Shown piece by piece: positions 40,986 through 53,321 of a stretch of 64,000 bases of DNA. This stretch comes from an uncultured Gemmatimonadales bacterium. Its GTDB lineage: Bacteria > Gemmatimonadota > Gemmatimonadetes > Gemmatimonadales > GWC2-71-9. The notes beneath the pieces were generated by a model, which was given only the letters and a program-made list of their open reading frames with translations, searched no databases and was not told the DNA's origin. The stretch spans positions 576,001-640,000 of the forward strand of contig CAVSQW010000015.1 of the NCBI GenBank assembly GCA_963730185.1, in the 5' to 3' direction. The translations under genes and the position numbers were made by a program. Within the stretch, counting starts at the first letter, position 1. Every line of letters starts with the position of its first letter.

Positions 40986-41837
40986 TCAGCGGACGGGAGC
41001 GGGCGTGGCTTCCGGCGGCGTTGCGGCAGGTGCCGGGGGACACGGGGCTCGACCGACGTCGCAGATCGAGGCCGCCGTGGCCCGCAGGTCGCCCGCCCAG
41101 GCGATCCGGCCGGCGAGATCGACCGTGACCCACGGCGCGAGCAGCCGGTAGCTCCGCACGGCCGTGGTCTGGCCGGCGCTGAGCTGTTGCCGGGCTCCGA
41201 AGCGCGAGACGATGGCCGCGCCGCTCGCCAGGGTGACGGTCAGCTCGCCGCCTCGGGCTTCGAGGTCGAACCGGGCCCCGCGGGCAGCCACCGTGCCGGC
41301 CCGGGTCAGGACGTCGAGCTCGTGCCCCGACCCGCCGGGCACGTCGACGAAGGCATGGCCTTCGAGGGCCACCTCGCGCTCGCGCCGCCCGGTTCCGATC
41401 CGGAGCTGGCTCTCCGGGCCGAGCCGGATCAGCGTCCCGTCGTTCAAGGCCACGGTCGCCGTCTGGCCGGGGCCGGTCAGGACGTCGCGGGCGGTGAAGC
41501 CGAACGCCGGGAGGGCGCGGTAGCCCATGACCGCCGCGATGACGATCACCGCGACGGCCGAAAGCCCGAGGGTCGCGTACCCCAGCCACCGGGTCAGCTC
41601 GGCGAGCGGTCGGCCTCGGGTGGCCCGCCGCTCGGCCCGCCGGATCAGGGTCACGGCGGCCGGGGGCAGGGTGGTCGGGAGCCCGGCCTCGGTCCGATCG
41701 GCCAGGTCGAGCAGGGCCACCAGCTCTGCCAGGCGGGCCTGGTTCCCGGGCGAGCTCGCCAGCCACGCCTCAACCCGCCGGCGCTCGGGGTCGGTGACTT
41801 CCGCTCGGAGATAGCGGTACAGCAGCTCGTCGGACAT
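40986..41837 (-). CDS. FecR-like anti-sigma factor, C-terminally short
   Basis: ELLYRYL...VEAWL N-domain, TM helix, TGPGQTATVALNDGTLIRLGPESQL...REVALEGHAF FecR core. Confidence 0.8.
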   Translation of the reverse strand: MSDELLYRYLRAEVTDPERRRVEAWLASSPGNQARLAELVALLDLADRTEAGLPTTLPPAAVTLIRRAERRATRGRPLAELTRWLGYATLGLSAVAVIVIAAVMGYRALPAFGFTARDVLTGPGQTATVALNDGTLIRLGPESQLRIGTGRREREVALEGHAFVDVPGGSGHELDVLTRAGTVAARGARFDLEARGGELTVTLASGAAIVSRFGARQQLSAGQTTAVRSYRLLAPWVTVDLAGRIAWAGDLRATAASICDVGRAPCPPAPAATPPEATPAPVR

Positions 41838-41890
41838 GGACCGTCGGCGATCGGGTTCACTCGCTGGAACGCGCGAGCGGCGGATCCGGC

Positions 41891-42481
41891 CTATCGGTGC
41901 TGGGTCCGGTCGGGGCGGAGGGGCCCGAGGGTCGCGCGGAGGGCGGCCAGGGCGGCGGCAACCTGGTTCTTGACCGTCGCGGGCGAGACGCCCATGACCT
42001 GGGCCGCCTCGCGATAGGACATCCGGTGCAGATAGGCCAGCACGAACGCCTGACGGCGGCGCGGTGGCAGGGCATCGATGGCGTAGGCCATGGCCTCGTC
42101 CGCCGAGGGGACCGCACCGCCCGTGACCGGGGTGCGGGGCGGCGGGGCCGGGTCCCGAGGAGCCACCAGGGCCCAGGCCTGGTGACGCCGCCGCCGGCGG
42201 AGCTCATCGAGCGCCAGGTTGTGGACGATCCGGTAGAGGTAGGCCCGGAGCGCGGTCGGGTCCAGCTTCCGGCGACGCTCCCACAGACGCAGGAAGGTCT
42301 CCTGCACGAGATCCTCGGCCAGGTCGGTGTCCTCGACCATCCGGCGGGCGTAGCGGAAGAGCGGCCCCCAATGACGGCCCAGCGCCTGGTCGAGCGCGAG
42401 CTCGTCGCCGGCGCGAATCCGAATCGCGAGCACCTGATCGGGCGCGGGCGCGGGAGGCGGAGTGTGGGGATCGTCGGTCAT
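41891..42481 (-). CDS. ECF sigma-70 factor (FecI-like)
   Basis: AEDLVQETFLRLW, AYLYRIVHNLALD, LPPRRRQAF, SYREAAQVMGVSPATVKNQ. Confidence 0.9.
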   Translation of the reverse strand: MTDDPHTPPPAPAPDQVLAIRIRAGDELALDQALGRHWGPLFRYARRMVEDTDLAEDLVQETFLRLWERRRKLDPTALRAYLYRIVHNLALDELRRRRRHQAWALVAPRDPAPPPRTPVTGGAVPSADEAMAYAIDALPPRRRQAFVLAYLHRMSYREAAQVMGVSPATVKNQVAAALAALRATLGPLRPDRTQHR

Positions 42482-42495
42482 CGCGGCCCCATACG

Positions 42496-42597
42496 GCCCA
42501 CCTCCCCGATCGGTTTCCCCCGGCGCCCCCCGATCCCCCATCCCCTCCCATCCCACCCCATCCCGCCCCATCCCATCCCATCCCATCCCATCCCTCC
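42496..42597. repeat. Pentamer tandem repeat (CCCAT)n, single arm
   Basis: CCCATCCCATCCCATCCCATCCC and variants in the divergent ECF/xseA intergenic region. Confidence 0.7.
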
Positions 42598-42695
42598 AGA
42601 CCGGGTGCCATCGTCCGAGGGCCGCTGCCATATTCCGGGGCGTGAGCGTTCCCCCTTGGAGGGGCTCCCCGTCTTCCCGTTTACCGGATCGTGTA

Positions 42696-43892
42696 ATGCC
42701 CGCTGGTGGCTCCGGCGCCCGCCGGCCCGCTCGTTCAGCCTCGTCGTCCTCGTCGTCGAGTGGTCGAACCGGCGATGAGCGGGCGGCGTACACCGTGTCG
42801 GAGCTGGCGGCCGCCCTCAAGACGGCCGCTGAGCGGTCCACCGGCCAGGTCTGGGTCAAGGGCGAAGTGATGGGGCTCAAGATCTACGAGGCGGGCCACT
42901 GGTACTTCACCCTCCGCGACGAGTCGTCGCAGCTCCGCTGCGTCATCTGGAACAGCAACGCCCGGCGGATCAAGGTGGCGCCGCCCGAGGGTACGGAGGT
43001 ATACGCGCTGGCCACGCCGACGGTCTGGCCGGCCCGGGGCGAGCTCCGGCTCACCGCGGTCACCCTGTTGCCGACCTCGGGCGTGGGGCTCCAGCAGCTC
43101 TCGTTCGAGCGGACCCGCGAGCTCCTCGAAAAGGACGGACTGCTCGACCCGGCCCGGAAGCGCCGGCCGCCTCGGTTCCCTCGGGTGGTGGCCGTGGTGA
43201 CCAGTCCTGACGGGGCGGTGCTCCACGACATCCGGATCGTCGCCTCGCGGCGGTGGCCGGCCGCCCGGCTGGTGCTGGTGCCGGCACGGGTCCAGGGCGA
43301 GGACGCCGCCGACGAGCTCTGCCGGGCGCTCGCGATCGTGAACCGGCTGCCCGAGGTCGACGTCTGCATCGTGGCCCGGGGCGGGGGCGCCCGGGACGAT
43401 CTCCTGGCCTTCAACGCCGAGCCGGTCTGCCGGGCGGTGGCCGCGACCCGGGTGCCGACCATCGCGGCGGTAGGGCACGAGACCGACGTGACCTTGACCG
43501 ACCTGGTAGCCGACCTCCGGGCGCCCACCCCGTCGGCCGCGGCGGAGCTGGCCCTGCCGGACCGGCGCGAGTTGGCGCGCCACGTGGCCGGACTCGGCCA
43601 CCGGCTGGCCCACGGCCTGACCCGGCGGACCCGGGTGCTGAGCGAGCGGCTGGCCCGGGCGTCGGATCGGATCGAACGGACGCTGGTCGACCGGCTGGCC
43701 GAGCGGCGCCGGCGGATGGAGCGGCTGGCGGCCTCGCTCGACGCCCTGAGCCCGTTGGCGGTGCTGGGCCGAGGGTACGCGGTGGCTCGCCTGGCCGACG
43801 GCCGGGTGGCCCGGCGCCGAGCCGACCTGCCGCCCGGAACCCCCTTCACCCTGCGGGTCGCCGATGGCGACGTGGACGCACAAGCCCGATGA
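42696..43892 (+). CDS. xseA: Exodeoxyribonuclease VII large subunit (start uncertain)
   Basis: VWVKGEV, GHWYFTLRD, VVTSPDGAVLHDI, ARGGG, VGHETD, PTPSAAAE. Confidence 0.93.
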   Translation: MPAGGSGARRPARSASSSSSSSGRTGDERAAYTVSELAAALKTAAERSTGQVWVKGEVMGLKIYEAGHWYFTLRDESSQLRCVIWNSNARRIKVAPPEGTEVYALATPTVWPARGELRLTAVTLLPTSGVGLQQLSFERTRELLEKDGLLDPARKRRPPRFPRVVAVVTSPDGAVLHDIRIVASRRWPAARLVLVPARVQGEDAADELCRALAIVNRLPEVDVCIVARGGGARDDLLAFNAEPVCRAVAATRVPTIAAVGHETDVTLTDLVADLRAPTPSAAAELALPDRRELARHVAGLGHRLAHGLTRRTRVLSERLARASDRIERTLVDRLAERRRRMERLAASLDALSPLAVLGRGYAVARLADGRVARRRADLPPGTPFTLRVADGDVDAQAR

Positions 43893-44131
43893 GCGAGCCC
43901 GAACGGCAGCCGGGACGGGATACTCTGGCGATCGACCTCAAACGATTGGAAGACATCGTCGCCGCCTTGGAGGCCGACGATCTCGACCTGGACCGGGCCT
44001 TGGCGCTGTTCGAGGAAGGCGTCCAGGTGCTGCAGAGCGCCCGTGGCCGGCTCGGGGAAGCGGAGGCGCGGGTCCAACGGGTGCTCGAGGACGCCGCCGG
44101 GACGCTTCGGCTCGCCGACCTCGATGGCTGA
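43889..44131 (+). CDS. xseB: Exodeoxyribonuclease VII small subunit
   Basis: RLEDIVAALE...LDRALALFEEGV...L..AEARV. Confidence 0.9.
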   Translation: MSEPERQPGRDTLAIDLKRLEDIVAALEADDLDLDRALALFEEGVQVLQSARGRLGEAEARVQRVLEDAAGTLRLADLDG

Positions 44132-45029
44132 GGCCGGGCTGGCGGCGTCGCTGCTGAGCGAAGCGCGGACGACCACCGATCGTCACCTCACCGATCTGGC
44201 CCGGCAGCTGGAGGACGAGGTGCCCGGCCGTCTCGGCCAGGCGCTGGGCTATGCGCTGGGGACCAGCGGCAAGCGGGTCCGGCCGGCCCTGGTGTTCGCC
44301 AGCTACCGGGCCTTGGGCGGCAGCCATCCCGGGATTCATCGCCTGGCCACCGCCGTCGAGGTGATCCACACCTACTCGCTGATCCACGACGATCTTCCCT
44401 GCATGGACGACGACGACCAGCGCCGGGGCCGTCCCACGACCCACGTCGTGTACGATCCGGTCACCGCCGCCCGGGTCGGCTACCTCCTGGTGCCGGTGGC
44501 GGTCGAGGTATTGAGCACCGCGACTCGGGAGCTGGAGCTCGGGCCGGCGGTGCGGCAAGCGGTGGCCCGGGTACTGCTGGATGCCAGCGGCATCCGGGGC
44601 ATGGTAGGCGGTCAGTGGCTCGACCTCGCCGCCGAAGGACGCTCGCTCGGTCCCGACGACCTCCGGGAGATTCACCTCCGGAAGACGGCCGCGCTGATCC
44701 AGGGAGCCTGCCTGGTCGGGGGCCTCGCAGCCGGAGCGCGCGACCGGGTGCTCGACGCCCTGGGGCGGTTCGGCCTGGAGATCGGCTTGGCCTTTCAGGT
44801 GGCCGACGACGTCCTCGATGCCACCGCGACGTCGGCCCAGCTGGGTAAGACGGCCGGCCGGGACCTCTCGCTCCACAAGTCCACCTACGTCAGCGTGTAT
44901 GGCGTGGAGCGGGCCCGGGAAGAGGCACGGCAGTGCGTGGAGCGGGCCGCCGGGCATCTTGCGTCGGCCGGGATCGAATCGGCGCCGCTCCTGAGCCTGG
45001 CGCATTATATTGTGCATCGACAGTCATAA
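44124..45029 (+). CDS. ispA: Farnesyl/geranyl diphosphate synthase
   Basis: GKRVRP, SLIHDDLPCMDDDDQRRG, GGQWLD, FQVADD. Confidence 0.93.
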   Translation: MAEAGLAASLLSEARTTTDRHLTDLARQLEDEVPGRLGQALGYALGTSGKRVRPALVFASYRALGGSHPGIHRLATAVEVIHTYSLIHDDLPCMDDDDQRRGRPTTHVVYDPVTAARVGYLLVPVAVEVLSTATRELELGPAVRQAVARVLLDASGIRGMVGGQWLDLAAEGRSLGPDDLREIHLRKTAALIQGACLVGGLAAGARDRVLDALGRFGLEIGLAFQVADDVLDATATSAQLGKTAGRDLSLHKSTYVSVYGVERAREEARQCVERAAGHLASAGIESAPLLSLAHYIVHRQS

Positions 45030-45038
45030 GGGCGTGCC

Positions 45039-46936
45039 ATGTCGCTACTTGCGAAGATCCAAGGCCCCGACGACCTCAAAGGTCTGTCGCGGGAACAGCT
45101 GCCCGAGCTGGCCCAGGAGATGCGCGATCGGCTCATCCAGGCCTGCTCCGTCACCGGTGGTCACATCGGGGCGAGCTTGGGCTGCGTGGAACTCGCCATC
45201 GCTCTCCTCTACGAGTTCGACTCTCCCCGGGACAAGGTGCTGTGGGACGTGGGACACCAGGCCTATGCCTGGAAGCTCCTGACCGGCCGGAACCCGGGCT
45301 TCGACACCCTCCGGCAGCAGGACGGCATGTCCGGCTTCCTCAAGCGGACCGAGAGCCCTCACGACCAGTTCGGCGCCGGCCACGCCGGGACCGCGATGTC
45401 GGCCGCCTTCGGGATGGCGACCGCCCGAGACCTCCTGGGCGAGGACTACAAGGTGGCGGCGGTCGTGGGCGACGGCGCGCTCACCTGCGGCCTCTCCTAC
45501 GAGGGGATGAACAACGCCGGGCACTCGGACCGCGACGTCATCCTGATCGTCAACGACAACGGGATGTCGATCTCGCCCAACGTCGGCGCGATCAGCAAGA
45601 CCCTGGGCCGGATCGTCGCCAACCCGCTCACCAACCGGGTCCGGGAGCACGTCAAGAACGTGACCTTCAAGTTGGGCGGGGTCTTCGGCGAGCGGGTGGT
45701 CGACTTCGCCCGGAACCTCGAGGAGAGCGTCAAGAACATGTTCTCGCAGGGCATGTTCTTCGAGGAGCTGGGCTTCCGCTACTTCGGCCCGATCGACGGC
45801 CACGATCTCGGCAAGCTCTGCGACACGCTCCGCTTCGTCCGCGGGCTGAGCGGCCCGCGGGTGATCCACGTGCTGACCAAGAAGGGGAAGGGCTTTTCGT
45901 TCGCCGAGGCCAACAAGGAGAAGTGGCACGGGCTCGCGGCCTACGACCCCGAGACCGGCGATCTCCGGAAGAAGGCGAGCGGTCCGCCCACCTGGACCCA
46001 GGTGTTCGGTAACGCGGTGGCCGATCTGGCCGAGGAGCATCGCGACTTCGTGGTGATCACGGCGGCCATGCCCTCGGGCACCGGCACCGCGATCTTCCAG
46101 AAGCGCTGGCCCGAGCGGTTCTTCGACGTCGGGATCGCCGAAGGCCACGCGGTCACCTTCGCGGGCGGGCTGGCCACCCAGGGGGTGCGGCCGGTCTGCG
46201 CCATCTACAGCACCTTCCTCCAGCGGGCCTACGACAACATCATCCACGACGTGGCGGTCCAGCACCTTCCGGTGGTGTTCTGCATGGACCGGGCTGGGCT
46301 GGTGGGTGAGGATGGTCAGACCCACATGGGCCTCTACGACATCGCCTACATGCTGGCGGTGCCCGAGATGGTGGTGACGGCGCCCAAGGACGGCGACGAG
46401 CTGATCGGCTTGCTCAAGACGGCCTTCCGCCATCACACGGTCCATTCTGCACCCGCTACCCGCGCGACAAGGCCCCCGCCGATCCGCGCCCCGTGGCCGA
46501 GGTGCCGCCGATCGAGCTCGGCACCTGGGAGCACCTCCGTCACGGCAAGGACCTGACCCTCCTGGCGGTCGGCACGATGGTGCTGCCCGCCCTGGCGGCG
46601 GCCGAGCGGCTCGCGAAGGACGGGCTCGAGGCCGGGGTGGTGAACTGCCGGTTCCTCAAGCCGTACGATCGGGCGATGCTCGATCGGATCGTGTCGGAGT
46701 GTCGGGTGCTGGTGACGGTCGAGGAAGGCACCATCGTCAACGGCTTCGGCGCCTACCTGAGCCGGGAGCTGGCGGAGTCGAACCCGGAGGCGCGGGTCCA
46801 TACCATCGGTGTGCCCGATCGCTTCATGGAGCAGGCGCCCCGGGCGGTGCAGCTGGCCCGGATGGGGCTCGACGCGGAAGGCATCGCCGGCACGGTCCTG
46901 GCCTACCACCACGAGGGAACACTCGAGGCGCGATGA
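45039..46936 (+). CDS. dxs: 1-deoxy-D-xylulose-5-phosphate synthase, one-base-deletion frameshift near 46437
   Basis: GGHIGASLG, WDVGHQAY, GDGAL, DVGIAEGHA, YSTFLQRAYD; continues in another frame as GPFCTRYPR...VTVEEG. Confidence 0.92.
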
Positions 46937-47804
46937 ACATAGGGGTCGTCGGGAATCCGCGTCACGGCGGACTCGCGGCCATCCTCAAGGGGGTGGCCGC
47001 TCGCGCGAAAGGCCTCGGGCTCGAGCTGTTCACCGAGCCCGAGCTGGCCCCCCTCTGGCCGAGGACCGTCCCGCCGATCGGAATCGCCTCGCTCGACGCC
47101 CTGGTGACGCTGGGCGGCGACGGCACCCTGCTCCGTGGGGCCCGCCTCCTCGCCAACCAGGAAGTCCCCATCCTCGGCATCAACTTCGGCAAGGTCGGCT
47201 TCCTCACCACCACGACCGGACCCGCAGCTCGACCACGCCCTGGACCGGCTCGCCAAGCGCGACTTCGTGGTCGAGCCGCGGCGGACCCTGGAGAGCCACA
47301 TCGTCGGCGCCGATCGAGCGCCCTTCGTGCTGCCCGGGCCCTCAACGACGTGACCATCCACAAGGGCGGCGTGGCCCGGCTGATCCGGCTGGACGTGCAG
47401 GTGGACGGCCAGAACGCCGGCCCCTACAGCGCCGACGGCCTGATCATCGCGACCCCGACCGGCTCGACCGCGTATTCCCTGAGTGCCGGCGGGCCGATCA
47501 TCGTGCCGGGCGTCGAGGCGCTGGTCATCACCCCGATCTGCGCCCACACCCTCGCGGTCCGGCCGCTGGTCCTCCCGTCGGGCTCCAAGATCGCGGTGGC
47601 GCCGGTCCGGGGCTGGTCGGAGGACCTGCTGGTCTCGGTCGACGGCCAGCAGGCGATGACCCTCGGCCCCGACGACCGGCTCGAGCTCCGGAAGGGCCGC
47701 CACAAGGTTCTCCTGGTCCGGCTCGAGGCCAAGAGCTACTTCGCCCGGATCCGGGAAAGCCTTCGGTGGGGCGACCTCTCCGAACGGGAGCGCGAATCGC
47801 AGCC

Positions 47805-47808
<4 letters not shown>
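46933..47808 (+). CDS. nadK: NAD kinase, with compensating frameshifts near 47218 and 47337
   Basis: LGGDGTLL, GINFGKVGFL, LND, DGLIIATPTGSTAYSLSAGGP; the middle reads sensibly only in another frame (LDHALDRLAKRDFVVEPR). Confidence 0.88.
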
Positions 47809-49480
<1,672 letters not shown>

Positions 49481-49499
49481 GGTCGGGGCCCGAGTTCCC

Positions 49500-50048
49500 C
49501 TAGTTCGCCCCGCCCAACGCGAAGGTCACGCCCAGGTTGACGGTCGCGGCGCCCGCCCCGACGTCACCGTAGAGCGCCAGCCCCGACTTCAGGAAGTAGC
49601 GGAGCCCGGCCCGCCCGATGAAGTAGAGCGAGCTGCCCGAGGCCCCGATCCCGCCGTACGAGCTGTGGGCGATCGAGTACCCGAGCCCGGCGCCGATGAA
49701 CGGATCGAAGCGCTTGTCGTTGGTCTTGACGTGGTAGTTCGCCGTGGCCCCGATCGGGACGTACGTGAAGCCGTAGCCCGTGCCGGCGAAGCTGGCCGAG
49801 TAGTGGTAGTAGTTGATGCCAATCTCGATCCCGATCACGCCGTCCGCCAGGCTGGGCACCCGTTTGATCGCTCGCTCGAACCGCGCCCCGAACGACAGGC
49901 CGGCGTCGCCGACGTTGCCAAGGCCGACCACTGGGCCGAGGTCCGTATATCCTTCGCCAAAGCCGCGCACGCTCTGCGCGGCGCCGGGCTGGGCCGAGAG
50001 TGCGGCCAGCGCGGCCAGGGTAAGCAGCACGAATGCGGGGTGACGCAT
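49500..50048 (-). CDS. Small outer-membrane beta-barrel protein
   Basis: GGAGG SD, signal peptide (MRHPAFVLL...AAQ), alternating aromatic strands, DPFIGAGLGY. Confidence 0.75.
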   Translation of the reverse strand: MRHPAFVLLTLAALAALSAQPGAAQSVRGFGEGYTDLGPVVGLGNVGDAGLSFGARFERAIKRVPSLADGVIGIEIGINYYHYSASFAGTGYGFTYVPIGATANYHVKTNDKRFDPFIGAGLGYSIAHSSYGGIGASGSSLYFIGRAGLRYFLKSGLALYGDVGAGAATVNLGVTFALGGAN

Positions 50049-50144
50049 GAAGTTGCCTCCGTCCAGTGCGGATAGTGGGGTGAGGTCCGTCACTCCCCTA
50101 TTACGGAAACGGGAGCAAAAAACCGTCACTGGACGGCCGGTGGC

Positions 50145-51689
50145 CTATTGCCAGATCCGGGTGTAGAAGTGCAGGCTCAGCTGGACCTGATTGGCGTCGG
50201 GCATGAGCCCGGTGCTGGAGCGGACGATCCGCTGATAACGGATGCTCGCCTCCATCGGCCGCTTCTGGCGGCCTCGCTTGTCGACGCCGCTGTGGGCGTA
50301 CGAGACGGCCCCGCCGAGGAGGAAGGCCTGCTGGCGCGAGCCCTCAGCTAGAACCCCGACGTCCACTCCGGGAATCGGCGCCTGTCCGGCGGCGTAGCTG
50401 TAGGTGTCGAGCCCTTTGCGGTAGTACTGCACCGCGCCCCCCAGCGAGAGATAGGGCGCCAGCCGGAAGAAGGGCTGGGCCGCGATCCACCACTCGTCGC
50501 CCGGATCGCGCCGGAGCCCGGCGAAGGTCGCCGCCGCCGGGAATGGCACCGTCGGCGAGGCCACCCGCCGGTTCTGGTTGCCGGGTAGCTGGAGGTTGTA
50601 GCCGGCCTCGATCCGAGTGCCGAATCGTCCCCGGGCCACGTCCGTGATCACGTCCACCTGCAGGTCGGGCTGCCCATCGCCGGTGCCGACGTCGAGCAGG
50701 CGGTTCGGGTTCGGAAGCTTGCCGGTCCGGAGCCGGGCCGTGCCCCGGATCACGGTCCGCATGCCGGAGCCGTAGTCGCTGGCGGGAAAGCGATCCACCA
50801 CCGCCCAGGCGGCGCCCAGCTCGATGTCGCCGATGTAGGTCAGGATGGGGAGCTCGTCCAGCGGCCGGATCGCCACCGGGCCGGTCGGGTCGGTCAGGAA
50901 AGCGTTGAACTCGTCGGCCGAGAGCCCGGCGGTCGGGAGCGCCACGCCGGCGGTGACGCTGGTGATCCCGAAGGCCGACAGCGATTGGCTGAAGTTGGAG
51001 ACCGCCGCCGCCGTTGCCTGGCCCGCGGTGGAGGAGGCGAGCGGCGCGAACGGGGTGTTCGGGTCGCCGCCCAGCAGGGTGCCCAGGTTGGACTGGAGCG
51101 AGATACCCTGGGCCAGGAGCTGTTGTGCCTGGGCCTTCCGGGCCGGGTCGCCATCCAGGGCGCCGCTGGTGATCTGCTGGTCGAGGTCGCCGAGGGCGCT
51201 CCCCAGCTGGCCGATCAGGAGGCCGTTTGCGCCGGCCACCGCCAGGCCGACGGTGGCGGTGGTGCCGTCGTACCCGAAGCTGGGCCGGACCTGCGCCTGC
51301 ACGAACGGCACTCGGCCGAACAGCGTGAGCCGGCGGGTGAGTCCCAGCGAGCCGCCGAACCCGATCGTTCCCAGGTTCACGAGCGCGCTGCCATGGGTGC
51401 TCCCAGCCGAGAGATCGACATTCGGCGTGCCGATGATCCGAGCCACCAGCGAATCGGCCGACTCGACCCCGGGCAGGAGACCCGCGCCCAGCCTGGGCTG
51501 GTCGAAGCGTCTGGCCCAGTCTTCCCGCGACCCGTCGTGCCAGCGCCAGTCCCAGCTCTTGAACTCGCCGTCGAAGTCGAAGCGGAGCATCCCTTTGGGG
51601 ACCGTGACCGGGACGACCTGCGCGGCGGCCGGGCCGGCGGCGAGGGCCAGGGCCAGGACGGCCGGAGCGAGGAGGCGGCGGGGGATCAT
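50145..51689 (-). CDS. Exported hypothetical protein, probable beta-barrel with a helical insertion
   Basis: Signal peptide (AAA-Q), beta-strand-like segments, C-terminal QVQLSLHFY. Confidence 0.55.
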   Translation of the reverse strand: MIPRRLLAPAVLALALAAGPAAAQVVPVTVPKGMLRFDFDGEFKSWDWRWHDGSREDWARRFDQPRLGAGLLPGVESADSLVARIIGTPNVDLSAGSTHGSALVNLGTIGFGGSLGLTRRLTLFGRVPFVQAQVRPSFGYDGTTATVGLAVAGANGLLIGQLGSALGDLDQQITSGALDGDPARKAQAQQLLAQGISLQSNLGTLLGGDPNTPFAPLASSTAGQATAAAVSNFSQSLSAFGITSVTAGVALPTAGLSADEFNAFLTDPTGPVAIRPLDELPILTYIGDIELGAAWAVVDRFPASDYGSGMRTVIRGTARLRTGKLPNPNRLLDVGTGDGQPDLQVDVITDVARGRFGTRIEAGYNLQLPGNQNRRVASPTVPFPAAATFAGLRRDPGDEWWIAAQPFFRLAPYLSLGGAVQYYRKGLDTYSYAAGQAPIPGVDVGVLAEGSRQQAFLLGGAVSYAHSGVDKRGRQKRPMEASIRYQRIVRSSTGLMPDANQVQLSLHFYTRIWQ

Positions 51690-51751
51690 TGGGGTAGGAA
51701 AGTGTCCGGGCGGCGGTCGGGATTCCAGCCCCGGCGCTATGATTCGAGATC

Positions 51752-52750
51752 ATGTCGAGTGTCGTTGGACGGGGTCGACGGATCAGGACCCTGGCTCTTG
51801 CCTTGGCGGTGCCGCTCCTGGTCGGTGCCTGCGCCCGCGGTGCGGCCCGACTTCGGCCCGCCCCGCTCGGCGCCCAAGCCGTCTCGTTCCTCGGCGACAC
51901 CCTCTGGTCGGTCCCGATGTCCATCGACGAGGCCCAGACCCACCTCGACGCGCTGACCGACGCCCGTCGGCGGGCGGGGCGGGGCGGGAGCGTGGCCGAC
52001 CGGCTGCTGGTGGCCCGGCGGACGGCCGAGATGGGCCGGCTCCGCGAGGCCTTCGACCTCTATACCGCCGTGCTCCAGAGCGACCCGGAGTCCTATCGGG
52101 CCCGCCGCCGACAGGGTGAGATCCACCTGTTGCTTCGGGAGCCGGGGCGGGCCGCGGCCGACTTCCGTGAGGTCATGGCCAGCACCGAGAGGCACCCCGA
52201 GTTCAAGGAGTTCACCGAGGCACCCGGGGGTGCCGGCCTGGTCGGCACCGGGATCTACTTCTCGAGCACGCTCATGCTCGGGATCGCCACCTACGTCCAG
52301 GGCCACTTCGACCAGGCCGCGGGCATCCTCCGTGACGCCGTCACCCGGGCCGGCGACGCCGACGAAGTCAGCTCCGCCGCGCTCTGGCTCTACCTGGCCC
52401 TGCGGCGGGCCGGCCGGACCCGGGAGGCCCGGGAGGTGATCCACGCGCTGTCGCCGGGCCTCCCGGTGCTCCGCCGCGGGCCCGAGCTTCGGCTCCTCCT
52501 CTTCTTCAAGGGGGCGATCGGCCTCGATTCCCTGCGCCGGGTCTCCACCCTGAACCCTGGCCAGGAAGAGGAACAGCTCGATCTCTATGGGCTTGGGGTG
52601 CTGCTGTTGGCGGAGGGGCGGACGGCGGAGGCGAGGGACGTCCTGGGCCAGGTGCGGTCGGTGGGGAACTGGGCGACGCTCCCGTATCTGGCGGCCGAGG
52701 CCGACCTGGCTCGGCTGAATCGGAAGGGAGGGAAGCGGGCCGGCCGCTGA
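51752..52750 (+). CDS. TPR-repeat lipoprotein
   Basis: Lipobox-like LVGAC, helical TPR-like repeats; TATGAT -10 at 51738-51743. Confidence 0.65.
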   Translation: MSSVVGRGRRIRTLALALAVPLLVGACARGAARLRPAPLGAQAVSFLGDTLWSVPMSIDEAQTHLDALTDARRRAGRGGSVADRLLVARRTAEMGRLREAFDLYTAVLQSDPESYRARRRQGEIHLLLREPGRAAADFREVMASTERHPEFKEFTEAPGGAGLVGTGIYFSSTLMLGIATYVQGHFDQAAGILRDAVTRAGDADEVSSAALWLYLALRRAGRTREAREVIHALSPGLPVLRRGPELRLLLFFKGAIGLDSLRRVSTLNPGQEEEQLDLYGLGVLLLAEGRTAEARDVLGQVRSVGNWATLPYLAAEADLARLNRKGGKRAGR

Positions 52751-52887
52751 ACGTCACTTTTCCATGCGGCCGCCCCCGAAGTCGCGCCATGCGATCCAGG
52801 CGCACCTCTACGCTCTGGCATGACCGGGTGGGGGCCAGGGGGCCGGGCATCGGGCCGGGGCGGGGGGTATCTTGGGGGAGTCGTGCC

Positions 52888-52971
52888 GCTCGGGTGGCGA
52901 AACTGGTAGACGCAAGGGACTTAAAATCCCTTGGGGGCAACCCCGTCCGGGTTCGAGTCCCGGCCCGAGCA
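52888..52971 (+). tRNA. tRNA-Leu (anticodon TAA), CCA not encoded
   Basis: Acceptor stem GCTCGGG/CCCGAGC, D-loop AACTGGTAGA, anticodon arm AGGGA-CTTAAAA-TCCCT, long variable arm, T-loop GTTCGAGTC. Confidence 0.96.
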
Positions 52972-53054
52972 TCTCCAACGTTCAAGACGAGTTAGACCGT
53001 GCCTCCCGGCGCTCTTCGAGACGGCGGCTTGCCGGTCGTCGACTGGGGTGGAAC

Positions 53055-53321
53055 CTAGGCGGGAATCCGGCGCCGGCTTGCCTGGAGCTCCAAGTAGCGA
53101 TGGAGCGCAAGGCGGAGGCGGGCTTCGGTCAGGCCTTCGACCTCGTCCCGCCAGACGGGGCCCCTCACCCGGTCTCCTGTCTCGCAACACTCCAACACCC
53201 AACTGGGGGCGGGCGTCAGGTCGGGGACGTACTGGCCCGGGAGCGTAATCGGATGCGGCTCGAACGTCGCCCGCCAGCGATGACCTGCCTCATGGAACTC
53301 CAACCGCCGTGGGAACCGCAT
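53055..53321 (-). CDS. Small hypothetical protein (88 aa)
   Basis: GGAGGAG SD before the ATG; MRFPRRLEFHEAGHRW... Confidence 0.5.
   Translation of the reverse strand: MRFPRRLEFHEAGHRWRATFEPHPITLPGQYVPDLTPAPSWVLECCETGDRVRGPVWRDEVEGLTEARLRLALHRYLELQASRRRIPA

Noticed and set aside
46430..46445. Programmed frameshifting in dxs, nadK or recN
   Set aside because: No slippery heptamer is seen, and multiple scattered indels fit sequencing error better.
52972..53060. Prophage or genomic island integrated at tRNA-Leu
   Set aside because: No integrase, phage genes or direct repeat of the tRNA 3' end seen in the window.
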